Notes: generated by a model not told the origin, from the letters alone. A stretch of 38,571 nucleotides of DNA from Candidatus Peregrinibacteria bacterium (GCA_016186245.1 JACPLZ010000024.1:17941-56511), one strand, 5' to 3'. Positions 6,638 to 15,545 are shown, counted from the first letter of the stretch. Made by a program: numbers and translations.

Positions 6638-9600
6638 ATGAAAAAATTCTTCAACTGGAAAACCATCGTTATTATCGTTTTTGCTCTCATACTAGGCTTT
6701 TTGGATCTTCCCGGAGAAACCCAGAAAAAAATCCTGCCATTTGTTCCAAAAGCAATCACAGAAACCAAATTTCAGCTTGGACTCGATCTGCAGGGCGGAG
6801 CACAGCTCGACTACAAAATCGATCTCAGAAAAGTGCCGGAAAATGACCGCGACAGCATCATCGATGGCGTACAGCAGGTTATCGAAAAACGGGTAAATCG
6901 TCTCGGAGTTGCCGAACCAAATATTTACCGGTCAGACCTGGCAGGTGAAGTGCATATCATTGTAGAGCTGGCCGAAAATGCCAATATTACCCAGGAAGAT
7001 ATCGATGAATATCTCGGTGAAAACAAAAATGTTTCAGAATTAAGCGACGACGAAAAAAAACGCGTCAGTCTGGAAAAAGCCAAAGCATTGGTTGGCAAAA
7101 CCATCCAGCTTGAATTCAAAGAAAAAAAAGAAGATACCACTCCCGATCCGGAAGAGGAAAAAAAGATCCGTTCACAGGCGGAAAAAACACTCAAAAGAAT
7201 CACCAATGGCACCGATTTTGCAATAGCGGGACAGGAAGAAACACAGGCTTATCCTGGGAAAGTCAGATATGGAAAATCTGATTACACTTTTGAAAGCAAT
7301 TTGCCGGACAACGTTAAAAACACCCTGAAAGAATTACAACCCGGAGAAACACATGACGAGATTATTTCCACGGAAGGAAGCTATACGGTCGATCCCCAGA
7401 CTGGCACACTGGTTGAAGACAAAGGGATAGCAATCATAAAACTTGTAGAATCAAAAGAAGAGACAAAGATTAAAAAAGAAGTGGATGCCAGCCACATTTT
7501 GATCGCCTACAAAGGCGCTGAAGGAGCTGCGGAAAGCGTAACCCGCAGTGAAAACGAAGCCGAAGATATCGCAAAAGACATCAAAAAACGTCTCGATGGC
7601 GGCGAGAGCTTTGCCGATTTGGCAAAAACATATTCCGATGATGCGAGCAATAAAGACAAGGGAGGCATACTCGATGCGCCGGTCAATGATACAGACAACG
7701 CATACGTTTTTGATTTTGAAAAAGCTGCGTTGGAGCTGGAAGAAAACGAGCTAAGCGGACCGGTCAAAACCCAATTCGGTTTTCATATTATCAAGGCAAC
7801 TAAAATCCGCACGGATATTAAGGAAAAACAATACATATATGAAAGTATCAGCTATTCCACCGCACCGGACCCCTGGAAAGAAACCGGCCTCACAGGAGAA
7901 CACTTTGTACATGCAGATGTCCAGTTAAGTCCATCGTTTGTGCCGTATGTAAGCATCCAATTTAATGAGGAAGGAGCAAGATTATTTGAGGAGATTACAG
8001 CAAGAAACATCAAGAAACCGGTGGCAATTTTTGTGGGAGGCGAGCTGATTTCCTGGCCAGAGGTAAAAGAAAAAATTGCAGGCGGCAATGCGCAGATATC
8101 GGGAGGTCAGGGAGGTTTTACAAATGAAGAAGCCCAGCAGCTTGCCCGCGATCTCAATACCGGAGCAATACCCGCGCCAATAGTCCTCACAGGTGAATAC
8201 ACCATTGGAGCTACGCTCGGACAGGAAGCCCTGGATAAAAGCCTTAAAGCAGGCGCAATCGGCCTCCTCATAGTCATGGTATTCATGATCATTTATTATA
8301 GAATTCCAGGAATCATCGCGAGCATCTCCCTGCTGGTTTACGGTGTCATTCTGCTTTTCCTGCTCAAAGCACAGCTGCATCTTGGCATAGCCCTTCTACT
8401 CGCGCTTATAATTCTCGGCTTCCTGGTGGTAAAAATCGTAAACAATCGGGACTCCGGTTGGGAAAAATTCCTCTCATTCATCCTCGCCTGTTTTGGATTT
8501 TTCTTTATTACCTTCCTTCTAAAAACCGGCGTAGTGCTCACTGTCGCAGGCATTTCCGGCATTATCATGTCTTTGGGAATGGCTGTCGATGCCAATATTT
8601 TGATTTTTGAAAGAGTGAAGGAAGAACTAAGAGAAGGCCACAAACTCGACGCAGCAATCCAAAATGGCTTTCATCAAGCTTGGAGCGCCATCCGTGATTC
8701 CAATTTTTCCACTCTCCTTACCTGCGCAATATTGTTTTATTTTGGCAGTTCCATCATTCGCGGCTTCGCTTTCAACCTTGCAGCGGGTATCCTAGTTTCC
8801 ATGTTCACCGCCATCACAATCACCAGAACACTGCTCCACAGATTTGTTGGCACAAAAATAGGAGAAAGCAAAAAAGCCATGGGCATCATCAGCGACAAAG
8901 AAAAAACAACAATAAAATTTACAAAAAACAGCAAACCGTGGTTCACATTGTCCGGCATACTTGTCGGAGCTTCCATCGTTGCAATGATAGTATTCGGATT
9001 GAATCTCGGCATAGATTTCAAAGGAGGAACACTGCTTGAGTATAAGTTTTCCGAAGCGGTAACCAAAGAAACGCTGGCCGGCGCTTTTGCCGATATAGGT
9101 AAAGAACTTAACGAAGAAGCTGCGCCGTCTGAATCTTCTTCCAAAACCACATTGGAAACAGACAGTTCGACAAAAATAGATTTTGAGAAAATCCAGATTC
9201 TCGAAGCTGGAGAAAACAGCTACATTATCAAAACAAAATATCTCACATCGGAACAGCACGACAAAGTAATCGAACAAATGGAAGCAAAACTCCCAAAATT
9301 CACCGAATCGCGTTTTACAACCACTGGGCCGACTATCGGAAAAACGCTGCTCCACAAAGCATCGATTGCAATTATTTTTGCTATCGTCATGATGGTAATT
9401 TATGTATCACTGGCCTTTAGAAAAATTCCAAAAGAAGTAAATCCATGGCGCTTCGGAGTCTGCGCAATCGCAGCGCTGATTCATGACGTGCTGATAGTAA
9501 CAGGAATATTTGTTGTCCTAAGCCAATTTTTAAATGTGGAAATAGACGCGCTGTTTATCACAGCGATGCTTACCGTCTTCGGTTACTCCGTCAATGACAC

Positions 9601-9877
9601 AATTGTCGTCATGGACAGATTGAGAGAAAGATTGATCCATTCGCCGGAATATTCCCTGGAAGACAACTCCGACATCGCGCTCACCCAGACTTTAAGACGC
9701 TCAATCAATACATCACTGTCGACATTATTGGCGATGCTGCCGATACTTTTCTTTGGCAGCCAGTCAATCTTCTACTTTATTTTGGCGCTCGTCCTTGGAA
9801 TAATCATCGGAACATACTCATCTATCTTTGTGGCCACACCGTTACTGGTATTCTGGAATAAGAAAAAAGCAGACTAA
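6638..9877 (+). CDS. secDF: SecD-SecF fusion protein-export membrane protein with inserted parvulin-type PPIase modules
   Basis: The start is MKKFFNWKTIVIIVFALILG. SecD P1 motifs are present (LGLDLQGGAQL, EKRVNRLGVAEPNI, PVAIFVGGELIS, IGATLGQEAL), followed by a 6-TM block, then SecF (GIDFKGGTLLEY, GPTIGK) and a second 6-TM block. An internal PpiC-like stretch reads ASHILIAY...FGFHIIKA. Confidence 0.85.
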   Translation: MKKFFNWKTIVIIVFALILGFLDLPGETQKKILPFVPKAITETKFQLGLDLQGGAQLDYKIDLRKVPENDRDSIIDGVQQVIEKRVNRLGVAEPNIYRSDLAGEVHIIVELAENANITQEDIDEYLGENKNVSELSDDEKKRVSLEKAKALVGKTIQLEFKEKKEDTTPDPEEEKKIRSQAEKTLKRITNGTDFAIAGQEETQAYPGKVRYGKSDYTFESNLPDNVKNTLKELQPGETHDEIISTEGSYTVDPQTGTLVEDKGIAIIKLVESKEETKIKKEVDASHILIAYKGAEGAAESVTRSENEAEDIAKDIKKRLDGGESFADLAKTYSDDASNKDKGGILDAPVNDTDNAYVFDFEKAALELEENELSGPVKTQFGFHIIKATKIRTDIKEKQYIYESISYSTAPDPWKETGLTGEHFVHADVQLSPSFVPYVSIQFNEEGARLFEEITARNIKKPVAIFVGGELISWPEVKEKIAGGNAQISGGQGGFTNEEAQQLARDLNTGAIPAPIVLTGEYTIGATLGQEALDKSLKAGAIGLLIVMVFMIIYYRIPGIIASISLLVYGVILLFLLKAQLHLGIALLLALIILGFLVVKIVNNRDSGWEKFLSFILACFGFFFITFLLKTGVVLTVAGISGIIMSLGMAVDANILIFERVKEELREGHKLDAAIQNGFHQAWSAIRDSNFSTLLTCAILFYFGSSIIRGFAFNLAAGILVSMFTAITITRTLLHRFVGTKIGESKKAMGIISDKEKTTIKFTKNSKPWFTLSGILVGASIVAMIVFGLNLGIDFKGGTLLEYKFSEAVTKETLAGAFADIGKELNEEAAPSESSSKTTLETDSSTKIDFEKIQILEAGENSYIIKTKYLTSEQHDKVIEQMEAKLPKFTESRFTTTGPTIGKTLLHKASIAIIFAIVMMVIYVSLAFRKIPKEVNPWRFGVCAIAALIHDVLIVTGIFVVLSQFLNVEIDALFITAMLTVFGYSVNDTIVVMDRLRERLIHSPEYSLEDNSDIALTQTLRRSINTSLSTLLAMLPILFFGSQSIFYFILALVLGIIIGTYSSIFVATPLLVFWNKKKAD

Positions 9878-9910
9878 AGAATCACAATTTGCACCCTGCA
9901 ACTAAACGAC

Positions 9911-9940
9911 CAAGAAAAATTTCCCAGGAAATTTTTCTTG
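9911..9940. terminator. Perfect 14-bp palindrome between secDF and tRNA-Arg (possible bidirectional terminator)
   Basis: CAAGAAAAATTTCC-CA-GGAAATTTTTCTTG lies between convergent genes. On the + strand the T-run begins only ~10 nt downstream, so the arrangement is not canonical. Confidence 0.45.
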
Positions 9941-9954
9941 GTATATCATTTTTT

Positions 9955-10031
9955 TGGTGCTCCCGAGAGGATTTGAACCTCTAACCTCCTGGTCCGAAGC
10001 CAGGCGCTCTATCCAGTTGCGCTACGGGAGC
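9955..10031 (-). tRNA. tRNA-Arg (anticodon UCG) with encoded CCA
   Basis: The reverse complement GCTCCCG-TA-GCGC-AACTGGATA-GAGC-G-CCTGG-CTTCGGA-CCAGG-AGGTT-AGAGG-TTCAAAT-CCTCT-CGGGAGC-ACCA folds as a 77-nt cloverleaf. The acceptor, anticodon and T stems are perfect, and the D stem has one G-A mismatch. Confidence 0.9.
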
Positions 10032-10402
10032 AAGTGCAAAGAAAATATCTATATCTTCATTCCTTATACCTCCAACCAACATCGTTGCCATCGACATTAA
10101 CAACATGTTTTTGTACTTCTACCATACCAATAAGGTTAATAAATAAAGGAGGCAATTGTACTAATTTGCATCAATCCGTACAACTATTCTACACCAACCA
10201 AACCCTGAAACGTTCGGATTTTTCCAGAATCCTATGCTCTCTGTTCAGATTAAACAGATAGGAAAAAATAGTCAAATTACCCAGTAAAGTAAGGTCATGT
10301 CCAAATTGCCTCTTAATTCCTTCATTTTTATGCCTGTTTTCCTGTGAATTGTTCATTTTAGGCTTGTTTAAGCCCAAAAGCTTACAGGAAAATCACAAAT
10401 TG

Positions 10403-11704
10403 TCAAGCCTCTCTCTCCTTCATTTTCCGTTCCCGTCTTGCCAATGCAACCTGCCTGAAAATTCCAGGATTCATTTCTCCCATGGAAAAATGTCCTCTAT
10501 CATTCTCAATACCGCCAACAAGTCCATATGCCTGCAAATACGGCTCGGCCATCTCCCAGTTTTGTATATCAACCGCCAATCCTTTCTCATGAAAAGATTT
10601 TCCAGGAGGAGCAGCTAAAGAATGACCTCCGGTTCCGGAAGGCTGCGAATCATCCGTATATCCAAATTCTTCACGTATTTCCCGCTGCTCCTCCACTGAC
10701 CGATAATCACTTATCACCACCAGATGCTCTCCGGTAGCAATATAAAAATCCCTATCTGCCAGCCTCAAAGCCATCAGCACCACAGGCTGCGCAGTTACAG
10801 GCCGACCGCCAATTATATCCGTCCTCACCGGATCATCCGGCAGATTATTTTCATTGAAATTTTCAACAGAAGAAAAAACATCGGGCTTTTCCATATCCTC
10901 AGCCTTAAACTCAAAATTAACCGCAGATGCATATTCTTTAACCACATCAATCCATAAAGTTTTATCCAACCCGGGAAAATACTTTTTCAGACCATTCAGG
11001 GCAAATCCCAAAAAAACCGGATTATAATGCCCTCCCTGCACAGTATCGCCAAAACCATAAGACGCTTCGATATTTTGCAGAATCATCGCAGCAACTTCAA
11101 CGAATTCCCTCACATTGCCTTTAAAGCCAGCCTTTCCTTCTCCGGCCTTTTTCAAAAAAGCCGCAAGAATATAACCATCCACGACAAAATCCTCGCCAAT
11201 GCTCCTCTCAACACCGCCAAAAGATTTTCCAAATTTTTCCTTATACTCAGCCGCCGCCGAATATTCATCCTCAATCGCCATCACCGTAATATCCAGTTTA
11301 TTCCACATCGTCAGATATTCGCCGCCGCAAAAAAATCCCTGATTGCCGCGGCGTTCATAAACATCCCCATCCCACTTCACAGCACGAACACCGTAAGGCA
11401 GCATATCTTCCACTCTTGTCTGATACGATAAAGCAATATTTTCTTTAAAATCCAGAATGAATCTATCGCCTACAACAGGCTTTGTTCCAGGCTTAAACCC
11501 GGCCACTAAAGCCAATCTCCCTTCCCATCCAAGCCGAAAAAATTTCTCCGGTTTCACGGATGAAATATCCCGGGAAATCAACTCCTTTGCCACTTCTCCG
11601 GACACCATATCCTTGGCCGGCTGTACCAGACTCATCGCCAGTTTATCCGCCTCGGACAAAGGAATCGCTTCCGGTCGTTTTACCGATTCAATTGTATTGT
11701 TCAT
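10403..11704 (-). CDS. Peptidase M15 (VanY/LAS-type D-Ala-D-Ala carboxypeptidase-like) C-terminal domain fused to a ~300-aa unknown N-terminal domain
   Basis: The C-terminal motifs are SDYRSVEEQ, PGKSFHEKGLAVDI (H and D zinc ligands) and NDRGHFS (third His). No N-terminal hydrophobic signal is present. Confidence 0.7.
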   Translation of the reverse strand: MNNTIESVKRPEAIPLSEADKLAMSLVQPAKDMVSGEVAKELISRDISSVKPEKFFRLGWEGRLALVAGFKPGTKPVVGDRFILDFKENIALSYQTRVEDMLPYGVRAVKWDGDVYERRGNQGFFCGGEYLTMWNKLDITVMAIEDEYSAAAEYKEKFGKSFGGVERSIGEDFVVDGYILAAFLKKAGEGKAGFKGNVREFVEVAAMILQNIEASYGFGDTVQGGHYNPVFLGFALNGLKKYFPGLDKTLWIDVVKEYASAVNFEFKAEDMEKPDVFSSVENFNENNLPDDPVRTDIIGGRPVTAQPVVLMALRLADRDFYIATGEHLVVISDYRSVEEQREIREEFGYTDDSQPSGTGGHSLAAPPGKSFHEKGLAVDIQNWEMAEPYLQAYGLVGGIENDRGHFSMGEMNPGIFRQVALARRERKMKEREA

Positions 11705-11725
11705 AAATTTTTACAAAATCCCACA

Positions 11726-11734
11726 ATTATAGCA
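11726..11734 (-). promoter_or_regulatory. Extended -10 TGCTATAAT for the M15 peptidase gene
   Basis: The reverse complement reads TTGCTATAAT, a perfect extended -10, 21 nt upstream of the ATG at 11704. Confidence 0.5.
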
Positions 11735-11761
11735 AAAAAAGACATGTTTTTCAATTAGGTA

Positions 11762-11770
11762 TGCTATATT
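11762..11770 (+). promoter_or_regulatory. Extended -10 TGCTATATT, 6 nt upstream of the priA ATG (leaderless start)
   Basis: The sequence reads TGCTATATTTCCCGC-ATG. The same TGCTATATT-N6-ATG arrangement occurs at the riboflavin kinase gene. Confidence 0.55.
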
Positions 11771-11776
11771 TCCCGC

Positions 11777-13753
11777 ATGAAATTCGCCGAAATCGTTTTT
11801 CAGAAAAAAACCGTACTTACCTATTCGATTCCCGGCAAGATGGAACTTTTAACAGGCCAGCTTGTCAAAGTGCCTTTGAGAAAAAAAATTGAGAACGGAC
11901 TTGTCTGGAAAATTCACGACAGCAAACCGGAATTTAAGACCCTGGCAATACAGGAAATCATCGATGCAAAACCGCATCTTTCCGCGACACAGATACGGCT
12001 TATTGAATGGATGGAAAAATATTATTTTTGCCAATTATATAAAATCCTAAAATTATTCATTCCAAAAAGAATTTTCGAACAAAAATTTTTCAGGAAAAAA
12101 TCCGCCGCAGAAAAACTTCAAGCCCAATCCACAATTCAAAAAAATCCGCAAAAAAAATTAACAGATGAACAAAATCAGGCGCTCAAGAAAATTCTCACCG
12201 AAAAATCCAACAAATCCCTGCTGCACGGCATAACCGGCTCAGGTAAAACGGAAATTTATGCGCGGCTGGCCGAACATTTTATCGCCAAAAATAAACAGGT
12301 TTTAATTTTAGTACCGGAAATTTCCCTCACTCCACAGACAATCGGCTACTTCGAAAACGCCCTCGGATCAAAAGCGACAGTCATTCACAGTAAAATTTCC
12401 GAAGGAGAAAGATTCCAGGCCTGGACGGAAATATGGCAGGGAAAAGCCAAATTTGTCATCGGTTCGCGCTCGGCAATCTTTTGCCCTTTTCAAAATCTGG
12501 GAGCCATCATCATCGACGAGGAGCACGAACATTCCTACAAACAGGAACAAAGTCCCCGCTACACAGTCCACAAAATCGCCGAAAAAATCCTGGAATTTCA
12601 GCCGGAAATAAAAATCATTCTTGGCTCCGCAACCCCGAACATTGAAACACTTGAAGAATTTAAAGACAGCACCATTTTTTTAACAAAACGTATCGGCGAT
12701 TTGCAGCTTCCAGATGTCGAAATCATCGATCTCAGGGAAGAATTCAAAAAGAAAAATAAGTCCATTTTCAGCGAAAAATTACAGACCGAAATCCAAAAAA
12801 CTCTCGACGCCAAAGAACAGATAATTTTATTTATCAACCGCCGAGGAGCAGCTTCATCGGTGGTTTGCAGGGATTGCGGTTACACCGAAAAATGCCCCAA
12901 TTGCGAATTGCCTCTTACGTATCACGCCTCCACCTTAAGCACTCCCGGCCTTATCTGCCACCACTGCGGAAAAATCGCGCAGGCGCCATCGACATGCAAA
13001 ACCTGCCAGGGCGGCAACATCCGCTTTCTTGGCATCGGCACGCAAAAAATCGAAAGTGAATTATTGAAAGAATTTCCTGGCATAAAAGTTTTACGCGCCG
13101 ACAAAGACACCACTTCCCGCAAAAACAGTTTTGAAAAAATATACCGCGACTTTAAAAACGGCCAGGCAGACGTGCTTATCGGCACACAGATGATTGCCAA
13201 AGGCCTGCACATGCCAAAAGTCCGGCTGGTCGGCGTGATCCTGGCGGATATTGGCTTGAATATCCCGGATTTCCGCGCCGCCGAAAGAAATTTTCAGCTC
13301 ATGACACAAGTTGCCGGACGCGCCGGACGGAGCAACAGACAAGGAAAAGTGATTATCCAGACTTATAACCCGGGACACGTTTCCCTGCTCTGCACAAAAA
13401 ATCATGACTACACCGGATTTATGAATTACGAACGGACACAGCGGCAAATTCTAAAAAATCCCCCATTCAGCCGACTCGCCAAAATAACGGTTGAGAATAA
13501 AATCTTGAAGAACTGCCGCGAGGAAAGCGAAAAAATCGACAATCTCCTCTGGAAACTTGCCCGCGAAAACAACCTCACCGACAATCTCGAAATCAATAAT
13601 TATCCTGCATATATCATGCGGCTTCACGGAAAATATCGCCACATTCTTCTCATCAAATCCCCCGCCCCTCACACTCTTTTGGAAAAATTGCCGGAAGAAT
13701 ATATAATGGCCGCAAATATCAAGATAGATGTTGATCCAATCCAGGTAACATGA
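11777..13753 (+). CDS. priA: Primosomal protein N' (replication restart helicase PriA)
   Basis: It has Walker A (LHGITGSGKTEIY), DEEH (IIDEEHEHSYKQ), a Cys-rich zinc region (CRDCGYTEKCPNCELPLTYH...CHHCG...CKTCQ) and GTQMIAKG. Confidence 0.9.
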   Translation: MKFAEIVFQKKTVLTYSIPGKMELLTGQLVKVPLRKKIENGLVWKIHDSKPEFKTLAIQEIIDAKPHLSATQIRLIEWMEKYYFCQLYKILKLFIPKRIFEQKFFRKKSAAEKLQAQSTIQKNPQKKLTDEQNQALKKILTEKSNKSLLHGITGSGKTEIYARLAEHFIAKNKQVLILVPEISLTPQTIGYFENALGSKATVIHSKISEGERFQAWTEIWQGKAKFVIGSRSAIFCPFQNLGAIIIDEEHEHSYKQEQSPRYTVHKIAEKILEFQPEIKIILGSATPNIETLEEFKDSTIFLTKRIGDLQLPDVEIIDLREEFKKKNKSIFSEKLQTEIQKTLDAKEQIILFINRRGAASSVVCRDCGYTEKCPNCELPLTYHASTLSTPGLICHHCGKIAQAPSTCKTCQGGNIRFLGIGTQKIESELLKEFPGIKVLRADKDTTSRKNSFEKIYRDFKNGQADVLIGTQMIAKGLHMPKVRLVGVILADIGLNIPDFRAAERNFQLMTQVAGRAGRSNRQGKVIIQTYNPGHVSLLCTKNHDYTGFMNYERTQRQILKNPPFSRLAKITVENKILKNCREESEKIDNLLWKLARENNLTDNLEINNYPAYIMRLHGKYRHILLIKSPAPHTLLEKLPEEYIMAANIKIDVDPIQVT

Positions 13754-14718
13754 AAAGAATTCTCTCCGGCGTACAACCCAGCGGCAAACCGCACCTTGGC
13801 AATTATCTCGGCGCAATGCGGCAGCACATCGAAATGCAGAAAGATTTTGAATGTTATCTTTTTATCGCTGACCTCCACGCATTGACCACCGTCCGCGATC
13901 CCGAATTAATGCGCAAACAAACTTATGACTTGGCGGTGTCCTACCTCGCCCTCGGCCTCGATCCGGAAAAAACCGTTTTTTTCCGACACTCTGATCTGCC
14001 CGAGCACACGGAATTATGCTGGATTTTGGATTGCATTATAAAAATGCCGTTTCTGGAACGCGCTCACGCCTGGAAAGACGCCCAGGAAAAGGGCCGCAAA
14101 GAAACCACAGTCGGCCTTTTTAATTACCCTGTTTTGCAGGCTGCAGACATTTTGCTGTATCAGCCGGATCTTGTGCCGGTCGGCCAGGATCAGAAACAGC
14201 ACGTGGAAATGACCCGCGACATCGCCATCACTTTTAATAATATTTTTGGTGAAGTTTTTAAACTGCCTGAGCCGTTTATCAAAGAAGAAGTTGCCGTCGT
14301 ACCTGGCACCGACAGCCAGAAGATGAGCAAATCTTACGGCAACACCATTGATATTTTTGCTGAAGAATCGGAGCTCAAAAAACAAGTTATGAGCATAGTT
14401 ACAGACTCCACTCCGCTGGAAAAACCTAAGGATCCGGGAAAATGCAATGTTTTCAAACTGTACAAACTCATTGCCGATAAAAAGTCCGTGAAAGACCTGG
14501 AACAAAAATATCGCAAAGGCGGTTTTGGTTACGGCGACGCAAAAAAATTGCTACTCAAAACAATCCTCAATCACTTTGCAGACGCCCGCGAACGCTACAA
14601 AGAGCTGACCCCCAAGAAAAAACTCATCCACGAAATCCTTGAAAACGGCGCCAAAATAGCAAAAAAAGTCGCCGCGGAAACACTGGAAAAAGTGAAGAAA
14701 AAGGTTGGATACCGATAA
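13750..14718 (+). CDS. trpS: Tryptophanyl-tRNA synthetase
   Basis: SGVQPSGKPHLGNYLGA is a HIGH-type motif and KMSKS is present. It is 322 aa. An ATGA overlap links it to priA. Confidence 0.9.
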   Translation: MKRILSGVQPSGKPHLGNYLGAMRQHIEMQKDFECYLFIADLHALTTVRDPELMRKQTYDLAVSYLALGLDPEKTVFFRHSDLPEHTELCWILDCIIKMPFLERAHAWKDAQEKGRKETTVGLFNYPVLQAADILLYQPDLVPVGQDQKQHVEMTRDIAITFNNIFGEVFKLPEPFIKEEVAVVPGTDSQKMSKSYGNTIDIFAEESELKKQVMSIVTDSTPLEKPKDPGKCNVFKLYKLIADKKSVKDLEQKYRKGGFGYGDAKKLLLKTILNHFADARERYKELTPKKKLIHEILENGAKIAKKVAAETLEKVKKKVGYR

Positions 14719-14764
14719 ACAAAGCCAGATTTTACAGGTGACGAATGAAACATCTCAAAAAGAC

Positions 14765-14794
14765 TTGATTTCGCAATACAATCCCAGCTATACT
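14765..14794 (+). promoter_or_regulatory. Putative sigma-70 promoter of the TA operon (TTGATT-18 nt-TATACT)
   Basis: The -35-like TTGATT is at 14765-14770 and the -10-like TATACT is at 14789-14794. An alternative -10, TACAAT, lies at 14777-14782. Confidence 0.35.
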
Positions 14795-14798
14795 TAAA

Positions 14799-14813
14799 GT
14801 AAGATTATCTTAC
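14799..14813. promoter_or_regulatory. 15-nt perfect palindrome GTAAGAT-T-ATCTTAC, candidate antitoxin operator
   Basis: It lies between the putative -10 and the antitoxin ATG. AbrB/SpoVT-type antitoxins typically autoregulate through palindromic operators. Confidence 0.4.
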
Positions 14814-14823
14814 CTCACAATTT

Positions 14824-15093
14824 ATGACCCAAGTACAAGTCACCAGCATTTCTTCAAAAGGCCAGGTCGTCATACCCAGCAATATCCGTGAAACAATGGG
14901 TATAGCAATAGGCACAAAAATGATCATATTTACTGATGGCGACAATTTACTCCTAAAACCAATTCAAGCACCACATTTTGAAACCTTTAAAAAACTGGTG
15001 AAAGAAAGCAAACAACTTATCACAAAAACCGGCTTCAAAAAGACAAATATACAAAAGCTGATAAAACAAGTGCGTAATGAAAATCATTCTTGA
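14824..15093 (+). CDS. AbrB/SpoVT (MazE-like) family antitoxin
   Basis: SSKGQVVIPSNIRETMGI is the swapped-hairpin AbrB motif. It is 89 aa and overlaps the downstream PIN gene by 17 nt. Confidence 0.75.
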   Translation: MTQVQVTSISSKGQVVIPSNIRETMGIAIGTKMIIFTDGDNLLLKPIQAPHFETFKKLVKESKQLITKTGFKKTNIQKLIKQVRNENHS

Positions 15094-15478
15094 TACCAAC
15101 GTTTTTATATCAGGTATTTTCTGGAGCGGGTCTCCGCATCAGGTAGTCGCGCTTTGGGCTTTGAATAAAATTCACCTCATCGTCACCAAAAAGATTTTGA
15201 GTGAATATCTTCACATACTACATAAAATTGACTCTAAAGGAGATATCGCCAAAAAATGGGGCACTTTTGTTCTCGAAAATTCCCAAATCCTTGAAGATAA
15301 AGAATTGGTAAAGATTTGTAGAGATACCGAAGACAATAAATTTCTAAATTGTGCGATTATAGGTAGAGCAGATTACCTCGTCAGCGGAGATGACGACCTG
15401 CTTTGTCTTAAAAAGATTGGATCAACAAAAATTATCACTCCATCCAAATTTTTAAAAATACATGGAAAGCAACGCTAA
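15077..15478 (+). CDS. PIN-domain ribonuclease toxin
   Basis: ILDTNVFISG carries the first acidic residue and ...DTEDNKFLNCAIIGRADYLVSGDDDLL carries the later acidic residues. It is 133 aa and paired with the upstream antitoxin. Confidence 0.75.
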   Translation: MKIILDTNVFISGIFWSGSPHQVVALWALNKIHLIVTKKILSEYLHILHKIDSKGDIAKKWGTFVLENSQILEDKELVKICRDTEDNKFLNCAIIGRADYLVSGDDDLLCLKKIGSTKIITPSKFLKIHGKQR

Positions 15479-15506
15479 TGCTTCATTCCAACCTCTCAGA
15501 TTTCAT

Positions 15507-15535
15507 TTGCACTTTTGAACACCTTCATCTAGATT
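15507..15535 (+). promoter_or_regulatory. Putative pyrG promoter (TTGCAC-17 nt-TAGATT)
   Basis: The spacing is canonical and the -10 ends 10 nt before the ATG. The palindrome TTAACTAGGTTAA overlaps the start region. Confidence 0.35.
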
Positions 15536-15545
15536 AACTAGGTTA

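Noticed and set aside
10189-10377. A 62-aa ORF on the minus strand in the ORF-poor tract.
   Set aside because: It has no recognisable motif, start context or -10-at-6-nt signature, and its composition is not coding-like. A small-protein gene cannot be supported from sequence alone.
9955-10402. tRNA-associated genomic island or prophage integration.
   Set aside because: No integrase, no direct repeat of the tRNA 3' end and no phage genes are seen. The tRNA 3' end faces secDF, a core gene, only ~80 bp away. Only the compositional oddity of the M15 gene remains, and that is reported as a finding.
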